From positions 1,664,001 to 1,728,000 of the forward strand of contig CBDCDC010000002.1 in assembly GCA_965215195.1 (NCBI GenBank): a stretch of 64,000 bases of DNA, read 5' to 3'. The stretch is from Candidatus Latescibacterota bacterium (GTDB taxonomy: Bacteria; Latescibacterota; UBA2968; UBA8231). The notes beneath the pieces were generated by a model. The model did not search any database, had not been told where the DNA came from, and saw nothing but the letters and a program-made list of their open reading frames with translations. A program made the position numbers and the translations under genes. The number at the start of each line of letters is the position of its first letter. The first letter of the stretch is position 1. Positions 1-9,058 of the stretch are shown piece after piece.

Positions 1-1
1 G

Positions 2-1747
2 GATGAAGTTGCCGCGCGAATCGGTCAGGGAGATAGGTGGCGAGTACGCCCACACGCTCACCGGATACCCTTCGCCGTAGAGCTGGATCTCGGCCATGGT
101 CGCCAACGCACCATAGCGGCCCGACTGATGCCCGGTGACGTCGATATCGCGGACCTGTAGGAAGCGGATCTTGCGAGGGGCAAAAGCCTCTTGGAAAATG
201 CGCACTACTGGCGTGTGGTTGTCGATATGCTCCTCGCTAATGATGTTGTCCCATTTGATCCCCTCTTCGAGCTGGGGGAAATCGTTGCGGTCTTTCATGC
301 TCAAGGGTTTGAGCAGCGTACCGTCGGAGACTAAGATGCCCGGCCCCAAGAAGGCACCCAAGTGGCTCTGGTTGATGCGCTTGTTGACCACCGAAAGATT
401 ATCGACCCAGAACACGGCTCCTAAATCGTACCAAGCTGTGCCCTTGACGTAAACTGGCGACCAAGTATTGGCAGTCCACTGCGAGTCGTACAACCCGTCG
501 GTGGCCAACTCGGGAGCACCCAAGCCACCGTGTTCAAACGAGGCACCACCGCGCTTTTCGGGCTGCAGTGAGTAGTTGTCGCCCTTAGCCCAGACTCGGA
601 CCTCGGAGATGCGGGGAACCTCCTTGACATAGTAGAGGATTGGCCCGCGCTTTTCTTCGGGGAGGGTTTGGTATTTTTCGCGGGCGGTCTGGTTGGCATC
701 GTCTTGGAGCTCGACGAGCAAACCGCCGGCTGTCTGGCGCTGATAGACAAGCGCACCACGCTGCTCCTCGGGTAGTGCTTCATAAGCAAGGTGCGCCTCT
801 TCACCGGCCCCTAGAAAGGAATCGCGCCAGAGATCCGAATCTGTAATTTTGACGCGGACATACTGGATGAAGGCTCCACCAATATCGGGCAGACCGTCCA
901 AGTCCCAGTCGGCCCGATCCAGCGGCGAAAGAGGGAAGGTCATCTGTACGTAGCGCCCCCCGGTCCCGGGGACCGAAACCAGAGTCACTTCACCAGTCTC
1001 AACTCCCCCACCCCCTGCACAGCGGGTCTCACCGGCAAAACCCACACTTTCGTCGCGCACACACTGAGCCAACTTGCCGGCGACGAATCCAGTCAAGACT
1101 TCTTCTACGAGTGTGAACTGGAGATTGTTGCCCAAGGGAAAAGGAAAACGCTCGCCCATTGAGGCGAAGAGTGCTAATGCCTTGACCGGTTGGCCGAGGA
1201 ATCTGTCTTCGAACTGACCGGCAGGAAAGATGATCGTCAAGCTATCGGCGAAAACTAGCCTCCCTAGGTCTATTTCAAGCTCCCAATTGCTGAGTCCGTC
1301 GAGATTGAAGTCGCCGGGATCGCTCAAGCGGCTTGCAAAGCTGACCGGCGTATCCGGCTCCCAGAATGTGCTCAAGTCGTTGTCGAGAATATTGTTGGCC
1401 AAGGGGTCGTTGGATTTGGCGGTCGCGCCGCCAGTAGTTAGCGCACCGGCAGCGCGGACTAAGTCGGGATAGGTGAAGTCTCTAGCTGTGGGGCCGACAT
1501 TGATATTGCGGCGGAAAAACACCGGTCGCAGCCCGTCGGTCCCAACTTGGAAGATATCCGTTTCCCTGAGCGGTACGTTCAAGCTCGTGACCAGATCGTT
1601 CTGATATATCCAATTTCCCCAGAGAGAAGCCCGATCCACGAGGATCGCATTTCCTTGGAGGCGATAGGCATCGCTGTTCTGGGCCAGACAAAAATTCGGC
1701 ATAGATACTACGACGAGGGGAATTCCCCACTTTAGCAGCCGCTTCAT
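2..1747 (-). CDS. Large exported protein (partial; runs off window start), probably paralogous family to the adjacent FlgD-Ig protein
   Basis: Hand translation from ATG at 1747: MKRLLKWGIPLVVVSMPNFCLAQ (signal-peptide-like), then motifs such as LEIDLGRL and WYDLGAVFWVD (discoidin/F5-8-like segments); absent from the ORF track, consistent with no stop inside the window. Confidence 0.75.
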   Translation of the reverse strand, partial: MKRLLKWGIPLVVVSMPNFCLAQNSDAYRLQGNAILVDRASLWGNWIYQNDLVTSLNVPLRETDIFQVGTDGLRPVFFRRNINVGPTARDFTYPDLVRAAGALTTGGATAKSNDPLANNILDNDLSTFWEPDTPVSFASRLSDPGDFNLDGLSNWELEIDLGRLVFADSLTIIFPAGQFEDRFLGQPVKALALFASMGERFPFPLGNNLQFTLVEEVLTGFVAGKLAQCVRDESVGFAGETRCAGGGGVETGEVTLVSVPGTGGRYVQMTFPLSPLDRADWDLDGLPDIGGAFIQYVRVKITDSDLWRDSFLGAGEEAHLAYEALPEEQRGALVYQRQTAGGLLVELQDDANQTAREKYQTLPEEKRGPILYYVKEVPRISEVRVWAKGDNYSLQPEKRGGASFEHGGLGAPELATDGLYDSQWTANTWSPVYVKGTAWYDLGAVFWVDNLSVVNKRINQSHLGAFLGPGILVSDGTLLKPLSMKDRNDFPQLEEGIKWDNIISEEHIDNHTPVVRIFQEAFAPRKIRFLQVRDIDVTGHQSGRYGALATMAEIQLYGEGYPVSVWAYSPPISLTDSRGNFI

Positions 1748-1782
1748 AGCAAACCCTCTCTTTCAGTGCTTTCCTCCTAAGG

Positions 1783-4266
1783 CTAATACGCTACAGAAAC
1801 GATGCGCGTTTGGGCATCGCCCGCATCATCGGCTTCGGCCGAAATGCGCAATACGTAGAGGCCCGGCGGTACGCTCTGTCCGCCATCAGCGCGGCCATCC
1901 CACTGTTGCGAATACCCTCCCGACGACAGATAGCGCTCAATAAGACGCAAGCGCCGACCGTTCAAATCGAATATCTCCAGACGCACCGGTTTCGGCGTCA
2001 ACAGGCGCTGTACATCGAAGAGCACGGTCATCTCGTCGTTGACGCCGTCGCCATTGGGGGTAAAAGGATTGGGCGCGGCCTTAAAATTGCTCACCAGATT
2101 CTCGCTCTGGGCCGAAACATCGGCGATAACAGCTAGAGAGTTGCGATCTGAGAGCTGGTCCGTCGCTACGAAGTCCACCACATCGTTGCCCTCCACCCCC
2201 TGCGGCAGAAAGAAAGCCAGCGTATCGAGTGTACCCTCACCGTCTGCGACCGCTAGAATCCCGTTGCGGGTAAAGCGCCGTTCCACATCGGCATCCAAGG
2301 TATCGAGGAAGGCATTGGCGGAGAAGTTAGTGTGGAAATTAATAACCCGGCCTCGGAAGCGGACTTTCATCAACGCATCACGCACTTGTCCGTCCTCGGC
2401 TGGGCCAATGGTCGAAAAACCAACGACGAACTGGTTATCGGCGATGTACAATTCTTGAAATTGCCCTTCTCCAGCCTCGCCTTCGCCGAGCCCGACGCGA
2501 GAGAGAACCTGGACTTGGCCATCGCCCAGATCCACTTCCATCCCCTCAATCTCCTCAGTGTGTGCCGGCGTAAAAACCTGTAGGCGATTAAAGCCGTTGT
2601 TCTCGGGCCCTATGGAAGCTTTCAAGACCAGTACGAAAGAGGTATCGCGGCCGGCGATTACATCTACTGCCGGGGCGATCTCGCCGAGAACTTGATCGGC
2701 GATCTGGGGGGCGGAGTATTCAACGCGCATGTTGCGAATAACTGTCGCCGACTCCGGCGACTGGCTCAGGAACTCTACCTCAACTTGGATAAAGGGCCGC
2801 CCGCTCGGCGCATTGATCAGTTCGCCATTGTCGGCTGTTTGTGCACTGCTCCAGAACTCAAGATCGGGTTCGATGCGGCGCCGGACGCTGACCGGCAATC
2901 CTATATAGTCCTCACGGGTCAAGCGGATCGACTGGCGATCCTCGGGCAGGGCGGCACTGAAGACCTCGCGGGCCTCTATGTTGAATTCCGAGGAGTCCAA
3001 ATGTACTGCTTGGCCTTGAGTCGAGGAACCGAGCCGTCGGTCGATGAGAACTGCCCCCTCTTTCCACTCAACTTCGCGGTCATAGTAGTTGACGCGGAAT
3101 AGCACATCGGGCTCGGCAGTGAATCCTGTCCGCATGCGTACGATCGCTCTCGACTTGGTGGGATCGCCGATTTTTTCTTCATCCCAGAAGATCCTCCCCA
3201 GAGTCGCTGGGGGCAGCGGTAGCGCCTTGGAGGTATATACCGCTTCGGGCATGAAACCGTCAGCGAAAAACTCCATTTCAGCCAAATCGTAGTCCAGCGG
3301 AGTCTGAAAATCGAAGCGCGCGTAGCGCATTTCGGCGAGCGGGTCGAACACTACTGCAATAGTATCTTCCACGTTGACTGGCACACTCGCTTCGGGAACG
3401 AAGGTCGGAAACGTCTCTCCTATCTTGTCGAATCTAGGGAAGCCTAATGGCCCCGTGATCGGATCTTCAAGACTGAGGCCGGCGATCACTGTCTCGGTCC
3501 CAAGCAGACCGCGAAAGAGAGTGTAGGCGGAAACGCGCACTGGCTCTTCGAGGCTGGGATAGAGGCGAAAAAGCCGAATTGGAAAGTAGTGGCCCAAGTC
3601 AATATAGAGGATCCATTGCTGCGTGACGTCTTCCCCCAACCGATCGATGCGTTCAAAATGGGTCAATGGTTCGCCATCGAAGACGCGCCCCAAGCCCTCC
3701 TGCAACCGTATGCCGGTCAAGGCTCTTTCAAATCTACCGAGGGCCGTGAGGTTCAAGCTCTTGTTATACTTATTGCCTCCGGGCGGACGGGGGAAAGACT
3801 CAGCCACGTTGATCATGGCCTCGATCTCGGTGATGCCGGCCCGGCGCAATAATTGGATGGCTTCCAAGCTGCGCGGGAAAGGGCTCCAGCGAGGAATCAG
3901 CACCGTGCCTTCCTCGACGATTATACCATCTTCGCGTTCCGCATCGGTCAGGGACACCACATCGGTCCTAGTCACATTGAGCGAAAAGGCGAAGAGGATA
4001 GAGTCAATCGCCGCATCTACTTCGTCGGAAGTTAAGGCGAGGGAAATTTCGGGAACGGGCACTATGCGCACGGGCGCGATGGGGCCAATGCCGTTCTCAT
4101 AATTTTCGAGATCTACTAGTTCAATAAAGGTATTCTCTGAGACCGACCCCTGTTTGACGTCGCCCCAAGTGGAATTGCCAGGAATGGATAACAAGCGCAA
4201 CTCCGCGGCAGCGTTCACCACCCAACCCGACAAAACTAGCACAGCGACACAAATCCCTATTCTCAT
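1783..4266 (-). CDS. Secreted protein with C-terminal FlgD Ig-like / gliding-motility-type CTD
   Basis: 827 aa ORF; N-terminal signal peptide; C-terminus APNPFTPNGDGVND...IFDLNGRRLR...WDGRADGGQSVPPGLYVLRI. Confidence 0.85.
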   Translation of the reverse strand: MRIGICVAVLVLSGWVVNAAAELRLLSIPGNSTWGDVKQGSVSENTFIELVDLENYENGIGPIAPVRIVPVPEISLALTSDEVDAAIDSILFAFSLNVTRTDVVSLTDAEREDGIIVEEGTVLIPRWSPFPRSLEAIQLLRRAGITEIEAMINVAESFPRPPGGNKYNKSLNLTALGRFERALTGIRLQEGLGRVFDGEPLTHFERIDRLGEDVTQQWILYIDLGHYFPIRLFRLYPSLEEPVRVSAYTLFRGLLGTETVIAGLSLEDPITGPLGFPRFDKIGETFPTFVPEASVPVNVEDTIAVVFDPLAEMRYARFDFQTPLDYDLAEMEFFADGFMPEAVYTSKALPLPPATLGRIFWDEEKIGDPTKSRAIVRMRTGFTAEPDVLFRVNYYDREVEWKEGAVLIDRRLGSSTQGQAVHLDSSEFNIEAREVFSAALPEDRQSIRLTREDYIGLPVSVRRRIEPDLEFWSSAQTADNGELINAPSGRPFIQVEVEFLSQSPESATVIRNMRVEYSAPQIADQVLGEIAPAVDVIAGRDTSFVLVLKASIGPENNGFNRLQVFTPAHTEEIEGMEVDLGDGQVQVLSRVGLGEGEAGEGQFQELYIADNQFVVGFSTIGPAEDGQVRDALMKVRFRGRVINFHTNFSANAFLDTLDADVERRFTRNGILAVADGEGTLDTLAFFLPQGVEGNDVVDFVATDQLSDRNSLAVIADVSAQSENLVSNFKAAPNPFTPNGDGVNDEMTVLFDVQRLLTPKPVRLEIFDLNGRRLRLIERYLSSGGYSQQWDGRADGGQSVPPGLYVLRISAEADDAGDAQTRIVSVAY

Positions 4267-4375
4267 TCCGTTACTCCTCTCCTCGGTAGAGTTTGCGCTC
4301 TCGCCCAGGTTGGCATAGGCATTGGGAACGAGCTGTTAGGCGATACAAGCAGCTATAGCTAGAGAAAAATGATAG

Positions 4376-4399
4376 ATAAGTGACAATATAAGTAACAAT
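4376..4399. promoter_or_regulatory. Tandem 12-bp direct repeat, candidate regulator binding site
   Basis: ATAAGTGACAAT ATAAGTAACAAT (11/12 identical) in AT-rich DNA upstream of the 1783-4266 gene. Confidence 0.4.
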
Positions 4400-4406
4400 T
4401 TTAAGC

Positions 4407-4442
4407 GCAAAGAGAGGGAGGATGCTTCCCCCCTCTCTTTGC
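4407..4442 (-). terminator. Intrinsic terminator-like hairpin
   Basis: GCAAAGAGAGGG...CCCTCTCTTTGC stem just downstream of the stop at 4477. Confidence 0.65.
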
Positions 4443-4476
4443 TTTGCACAGGTCAAACAACAGGATGTTCGATCGC

Positions 4477-5379
4477 CTACTCGCTCAGCGAGGCCTTGAT
4501 GCGACCCCAAGAGTCTTCTTCGACCGCCGTACCGATATCGCCACCGGCACCTACCAAGCGAGCATCGACAAAGCGCTCGGCAAAGCGCCAAGTTGCGGCC
4601 TGACCAGATATGGTGTGGAAGGCGCGATCTTGGCCCGGAGCCTGATCCGTATCCGGCGTCGAAATTTGGTAACCAATGATCTTACCTTCGAAGAGAGACG
4701 ACGCAACGCTGTCGTCGGGGCTATTCCAGATCAGATCGTCGAAAGGCGTACAGAAAAATTCGATGATGCTGACCGTTGGTCCGTCGCCAATGGAGACGCC
4801 ACCACCATCGGCATAGGGCAGATCGTTGACCCACTCAGAGCCTGCACCAAGGTAGAAGACATGGCGACCCGAGGGGTCGTCCGCGACAGCGATGTACTGC
4901 TGCGCCGTGCGGTTGTTGTTCAGTTTCTTCTCTTCGTCGGTCCAGTCGGGGTTGGCCGAACCAGTGTAGTCGCCCCCAGTGTGGTCGCCATCGAGCATGA
5001 CTTCAATCGCCTCGTAATTCCAAGGGCTGCTGCCGTCGTACTCTCTGCCGAAATACACGTTATCGATGCGCTCCATGGCGAACCAGATCGTGCCTTGGCT
5101 GGCGTTCCAACCCGACCAGATGCGATAGTCGAGGTCCGCCGGGTCGTACTGTGCACCGTCGCCCACTGTGGGATCTTGGTATAGATCAGTGGGGAGAAAC
5201 TGGGGATCACCGACTACATCTTCCCAATCCTCAACGGTGCCATCGGTAAAGTCGAGGTCACCTATATCCTCATCGACCATTTCAAAGAGCAGGTAAACCT
5301 GTTCTCCAATATGCGCATTGGCACCGCTTGTCAGGCCCAGTATCAGACCCATAGCGACAAGGCCATATAGACGTTTCAT
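4477..5379 (-). CDS. Acidic secreted protein (CBM9/DOMON-like sugar-binding fold possible) with C-terminal SWGRIK tail
   Basis: MKRLYGLVAMGLILGLTSGANAH signal peptide after an AAGGAG RBS; DGTVEDW and IEVMLDGDHTGG motifs; ends TAVEEDSWGRIKASLSE; alternative in-frame start at 5481 also has a GGAGG RBS. Confidence 0.8.
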   Translation of the reverse strand: MKRLYGLVAMGLILGLTSGANAHIGEQVYLLFEMVDEDIGDLDFTDGTVEDWEDVVGDPQFLPTDLYQDPTVGDGAQYDPADLDYRIWSGWNASQGTIWFAMERIDNVYFGREYDGSSPWNYEAIEVMLDGDHTGGDYTGSANPDWTDEEKKLNNNRTAQQYIAVADDPSGRHVFYLGAGSEWVNDLPYADGGGVSIGDGPTVSIIEFFCTPFDDLIWNSPDDSVASSLFEGKIIGYQISTPDTDQAPGQDRAFHTISGQAATWRFAERFVDARLVGAGGDIGTAVEEDSWGRIKASLSE

Positions 5380-5396
5380 AAGCTGCGACTCCTTCC

Positions 5397-5681
5397 AATA
5401 TCCCTTATCGGGAGTGTGAGTGTGGTGGTTTAGGGGCAGCGACCTTTTCGGCTCAATCCGCGTCGTAGCACGGGCGGCCATCGCTTATTGCCTCCGTAGG
5501 TCTGTCTTCCCCTCGTAGAAAATTACGCCCACTAGCAATCGACATCCGACCTTTCCTGACTAGTCGGAACCGCTGTAGAGGGCTTTTGTTCGGCGTAATA
5601 TAGAATATCCTCCACTATACCGCAAGTATTTTACATTTTACGCTGGCCTGACTCCTTGGCATACTCCCGATAAGGGATATT
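5397..5681. repeat. Perfect 19-bp inverted repeat pair (5397-5415 / 5663-5681) enclosing a promoter-like sequence
   Basis: AATATCCCTTATCGGGAGT vs ACTCCCGATAAGGGATATT (exact reverse complement). Confidence 0.85.
5597..5625 (-). promoter_or_regulatory. Putative sigma70 promoter
   Basis: Minus strand TTGCGG-N17-TATATT pointing toward the 4477-5379 gene. Confidence 0.45.
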
Positions 5682-5704
5682 ATCGGGAATTAAACAAGAC
5701 GCAC

Positions 5705-6631
5705 TTATTGAGAATCTTCGGCGCTGTCGTCAGCATTATCTCCGGTGTCATCTCCGGCACTGTCGTCAGTGTCGTTAGCACCGTCTTCAGCGTTGTCTTC
5801 GTCGCTGTCTTTCCGGAAGCGAATATGCTTTATGTCGTGCATACCAATCGCAAACGGACTCGAACCCACGACGCCCGTAAAGGCCCGGTTGACGCGCTCG
5901 AAATAGCTTTTGTCGGTCTCGCCCGAAAGGCGGACTAGGCTCGCCTCGACTGTGCCCATAACGGTTTTTCCCGACCAATAGGTCGCCGTTATCGGCCTAA
6001 ACTCGTCGCCCGTCCCGCCATCCTCAAAGTCGATTCGCGCCACTTTGTCTAGGGGAATAAAGCGCTTGTCGCGGCCCTTAAAAAAGTCGAGCCGCTGCTT
6101 GCCGTGAAAGCGCAAATTCTCCACCTCAAAGCGCCTGCCGTTTAACGTGATGATCGTGGCCTTGAGGATCTTTTCCGCAGGAGGCTCCTCGCCGAGGGGA
6201 TGGCGCAAAACAATCTCTTGCACATCGCTGGCGAGAATGAAAAACGGCCCCAACTCGGTCACTCCAGCGAAGCGACGCCCGCTACTCCCACCACCGACGG
6301 CGTCTTGGTGGGGCGAAGAAGAACCGCCTGTCACCATCAAGCCTGCTTCTTGGCTACCGTTCCGGAATACGAGCACGACGCGCTGTTCCTCGTCGCTGCG
6401 CTCCCCCTCAAAGCGCAACCGAGCTACCTTGACCAATTCCACCAGCCGACGCTGGCCTTGGACGTAGATTTCCAAATCCTGACGCCCCTGAAAGGTGAAC
6501 TTATCTACTTGGTGCTGGTTTCCGTAGCGATCAATAACGGTCGCCTTGAGAGGGGAAGTAGCAGCTCCACTGGCCGATACCCATAGCGCGGCCAAGAGTA
6601 CAACTCCACCCCATAGTCCTTTGCACTGCAT
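5705..6631 (-). CDS. Exported hypothetical protein with two tandem homologous domains and acidic tail
   Basis: Signal peptide; KATVIDRYG...KVARLRFEG vs KATIITLNG...KVARIDFED; D/E-rich C-terminus. Confidence 0.75.
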   Translation of the reverse strand: MQCKGLWGGVVLLAALWVSASGAATSPLKATVIDRYGNQHQVDKFTFQGRQDLEIYVQGQRRLVELVKVARLRFEGERSDEEQRVVLVFRNGSQEAGLMVTGGSSSPHQDAVGGGSSGRRFAGVTELGPFFILASDVQEIVLRHPLGEEPPAEKILKATIITLNGRRFEVENLRFHGKQRLDFFKGRDKRFIPLDKVARIDFEDGGTGDEFRPITATYWSGKTVMGTVEASLVRLSGETDKSYFERVNRAFTGVVGSSPFAIGMHDIKHIRFRKDSDEDNAEDGANDTDDSAGDDTGDNADDSAEDSQ

Positions 6632-6651
6632 GGTATTGCTCCGCGATAAGC

Positions 6652-7347
6652 CTAAGGCTGTGCGGCCCCCTCGCCCCCGCCTTCGCCCGGTTGTGCCGGC
6701 GAGGGGGGCGGTCCGATGAGAATGTTTTGGGTCTGTCCCATACTCACCTGTACAGGCCTGATGTCGTCCCTACCAGTGGAAGAATTTTCAATCCGCACCT
6801 TGTACTCGCCCACCGGCACGATAAAGTAGCGCACCTCTGTCGAGGTCATGCCCCGGCCCAGCATAGTCCGCAAATTGTAGTCAAAAATTAGGAAAGGCAC
6901 CTGACTGCGGCCCTGTGCATCGGAAAAAATGACCTGAAAACGGCCGATGGGTATGGTCGCGTACATTTCCTGTCCCATCAGGACTTCGACTTCCTTCTCG
7001 ACGCTGTCGTCGATATCCGTATTGACCACAACCCGATAACTGCCAGGGTCCAGATCGACGAATTGCGGCAGAGAGCGGTAGCCCGTCTCGTATCCTATGG
7101 GTGAACTCGCGGCCACGCGCGGCGATTCCGAGTGGACCTCCTCGCCGGTCTCTTCGTCGAGCACATAGTAGTTGACTTCGTTGATCCCTCCCGTCTCCAA
7201 CATGAGCCGCCCCTTACCCTCGGGAATGGGCGGCAGACCATAACCGCCTCCGCTGCCTCCGGTGGTGGCACAGCCAGCCACAATAGCCGCTAAAGCACCG
7301 ACCAGAAACCACTTGCGCACCTGTGTATATTCGACTTTCGACGCCAT
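6652..7347 (-). CDS. Putative lipoprotein with two beta-sandwich-like repeats
   Basis: Lipobox IVAGC; LDPGSYRVVV and VPVGEYKVRI repeats; Pro/Gly-rich tail. Confidence 0.75.
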   Translation of the reverse strand: MASKVEYTQVRKWFLVGALAAIVAGCATTGGSGGGYGLPPIPEGKGRLMLETGGINEVNYYVLDEETGEEVHSESPRVAASSPIGYETGYRSLPQFVDLDPGSYRVVVNTDIDDSVEKEVEVLMGQEMYATIPIGRFQVIFSDAQGRSQVPFLIFDYNLRTMLGRGMTSTEVRYFIVPVGEYKVRIENSSTGRDDIRPVQVSMGQTQNILIGPPPSPAQPGEGGGEGAAQP

Positions 7348-7441
7348 CTTTCCCTCCTTAGTGACGAGCGGTAGAAAACGGACTTAACTGCCTAAGAGCC
7401 AAGTTGAACATCATAATATATAGGCCCTCTTCCGCTGTCAA

Positions 7442-9052
7442 CTACTCGTCGCGGCCTGCGAGAGATGCGAGGATGAAGTGCCGATCCTCTCTGGGCTGCC
7501 GGCTGACGAAGCGCATAAATTCTGCTTTGTCGTGCCATTGGCGCGGGTGCGCCGAAGGGATCGTCACGCCCCGGCTCAAAAGGTCTTGCCAAAAAGGCTC
7601 GTTTCCCACGACGAATCCGGCCGCCGCTAGGAAATAGTCTGCGCCCTCGGCCGCAAGGCTGTCGAGCCGCTCGGGCGCAAACTCGGCCGGGGTTATTTGC
7701 CAGCCCTTGCGATGGCAGTAGTAGAGCAAGGTCGGGCTTTGCGACCGGTGCGGCACTCCGGTGTTTTCGTCCTCGTCGCCAATGACCAGCATCGCATCCC
7801 GCGGCAACTTGGCGTCGAGTATCCGCCCCACCAAGTGGCAGCTCCGGTAGTAGTTGTGCCAATTGTTGGGCTGCGCGTAATACGGCCCAACCGCCCAAGC
7901 ACTGTAGGCGGCGATCCCGACGATTAGGGTACATACCAAAACGACGCGCCAGTGGCACTTCCAGTTCCGCATGAACCGACACCACCCCTGCGATGCAGCA
8001 TCTGCCCCGAGAATGGCTTCAAGCGTCCGCCCAGCGAGAAGAGCCCCCACCGGAGCAAAGGGTAGCTGATAGTAATGCAGTCCGCGATTGCCCTCGGGAA
8101 CGACAAAGACGTAGAGCACCAGCCCCCCCATCCACACCCAGAGCGTCCACTCGCGCCGTTGGCTAGGCGCTAGGACGAGTCCCGCCAAAATTAGGACCGC
8201 ACCCACAGGTGTATAGACGCTGTGCCAGAAGCGCTCCAAGAGCGTCAGGTAGAAATCAGCCGTAAAGAGCAGGCTGCGATCCCACTTGTCATAGCCGTAG
8301 CGATTCCAAATGCCAAACGTCAGGCCGGTTTCCTCAAAGAGCAGGTTGGCGTGCCAGTACCAGAACGCGGCGGGTGCCAAGGCCAGTACGAGGTAGAGCC
8401 AAAGCGCGGGCTTGAGGGCGAAGCGCCACCCCCAGCGCACCCAAGCTAAGGCGACCAGCGGAAAACCGAGATAGAGAGTAGGTATTTTGACGAGGAAACA
8501 CAGGGCGGCCAAAAGGGCGGCCAGCGCGAAGTCCCATCGGCGGCCGCTGTCAATCCACCGCGCGAAAGCCCAAAGCGACCCCGCGCTCAAAAGGATCATC
8601 AGCGCCTCGGGCATAAAGGTGCGCCCGTAGTAGATGCTCATGGGGAAAAGCAGATAGAGCAAGGCGGCCAACAGCGCACCCGGCCGCCCCATACCCAATC
8701 GCAAGCCCAGCCAATAGAGCACGGCCGCCGCGGCCGTTGAGCACAGCGCCGCCACGAGTCGCCCGAGCCACTCATGGGGCCCGTCGGCTGCGGCGTAGAG
8801 CAGGGCAACGACGAAGGGGTACAGAGGGAAATTCGTCTCCACGTACCCAGCGGTGGTACCGCGCCAATCGACGCGCGGATAGAAGAGCGAATAACCCTCT
8901 TCGTAAAAATTGCGGGCCATGGCGGCCGTGTCCGTCTGGCGCCAAGCCTGCTTGTCGGTCAGGGGATCTTGCAGGTTTATAAACCGCAGGGCCAGCCCCA
9001 GGGCGAGGACGATATAGAGGTAAGAAGCGCCCGTAGCCCCCTTCGTTTGCAT
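7442..9052 (-). CDS. ArnT/GT39-like (PMT family) membrane glycosyltransferase
   Basis: AWRQTDTAAMARNFY and NFPLYP motifs; many transmembrane segments. Confidence 0.85.
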   Translation of the reverse strand: MQTKGATGASYLYIVLALGLALRFINLQDPLTDKQAWRQTDTAAMARNFYEEGYSLFYPRVDWRGTTAGYVETNFPLYPFVVALLYAAADGPHEWLGRLVAALCSTAAAAVLYWLGLRLGMGRPGALLAALLYLLFPMSIYYGRTFMPEALMILLSAGSLWAFARWIDSGRRWDFALAALLAALCFLVKIPTLYLGFPLVALAWVRWGWRFALKPALWLYLVLALAPAAFWYWHANLLFEETGLTFGIWNRYGYDKWDRSLLFTADFYLTLLERFWHSVYTPVGAVLILAGLVLAPSQRREWTLWVWMGGLVLYVFVVPEGNRGLHYYQLPFAPVGALLAGRTLEAILGADAASQGWCRFMRNWKCHWRVVLVCTLIVGIAAYSAWAVGPYYAQPNNWHNYYRSCHLVGRILDAKLPRDAMLVIGDEDENTGVPHRSQSPTLLYYCHRKGWQITPAEFAPERLDSLAAEGADYFLAAAGFVVGNEPFWQDLLSRGVTIPSAHPRQWHDKAEFMRFVSRQPREDRHFILASLAGRDE

Positions 9053-9058
9053 GTCAGA

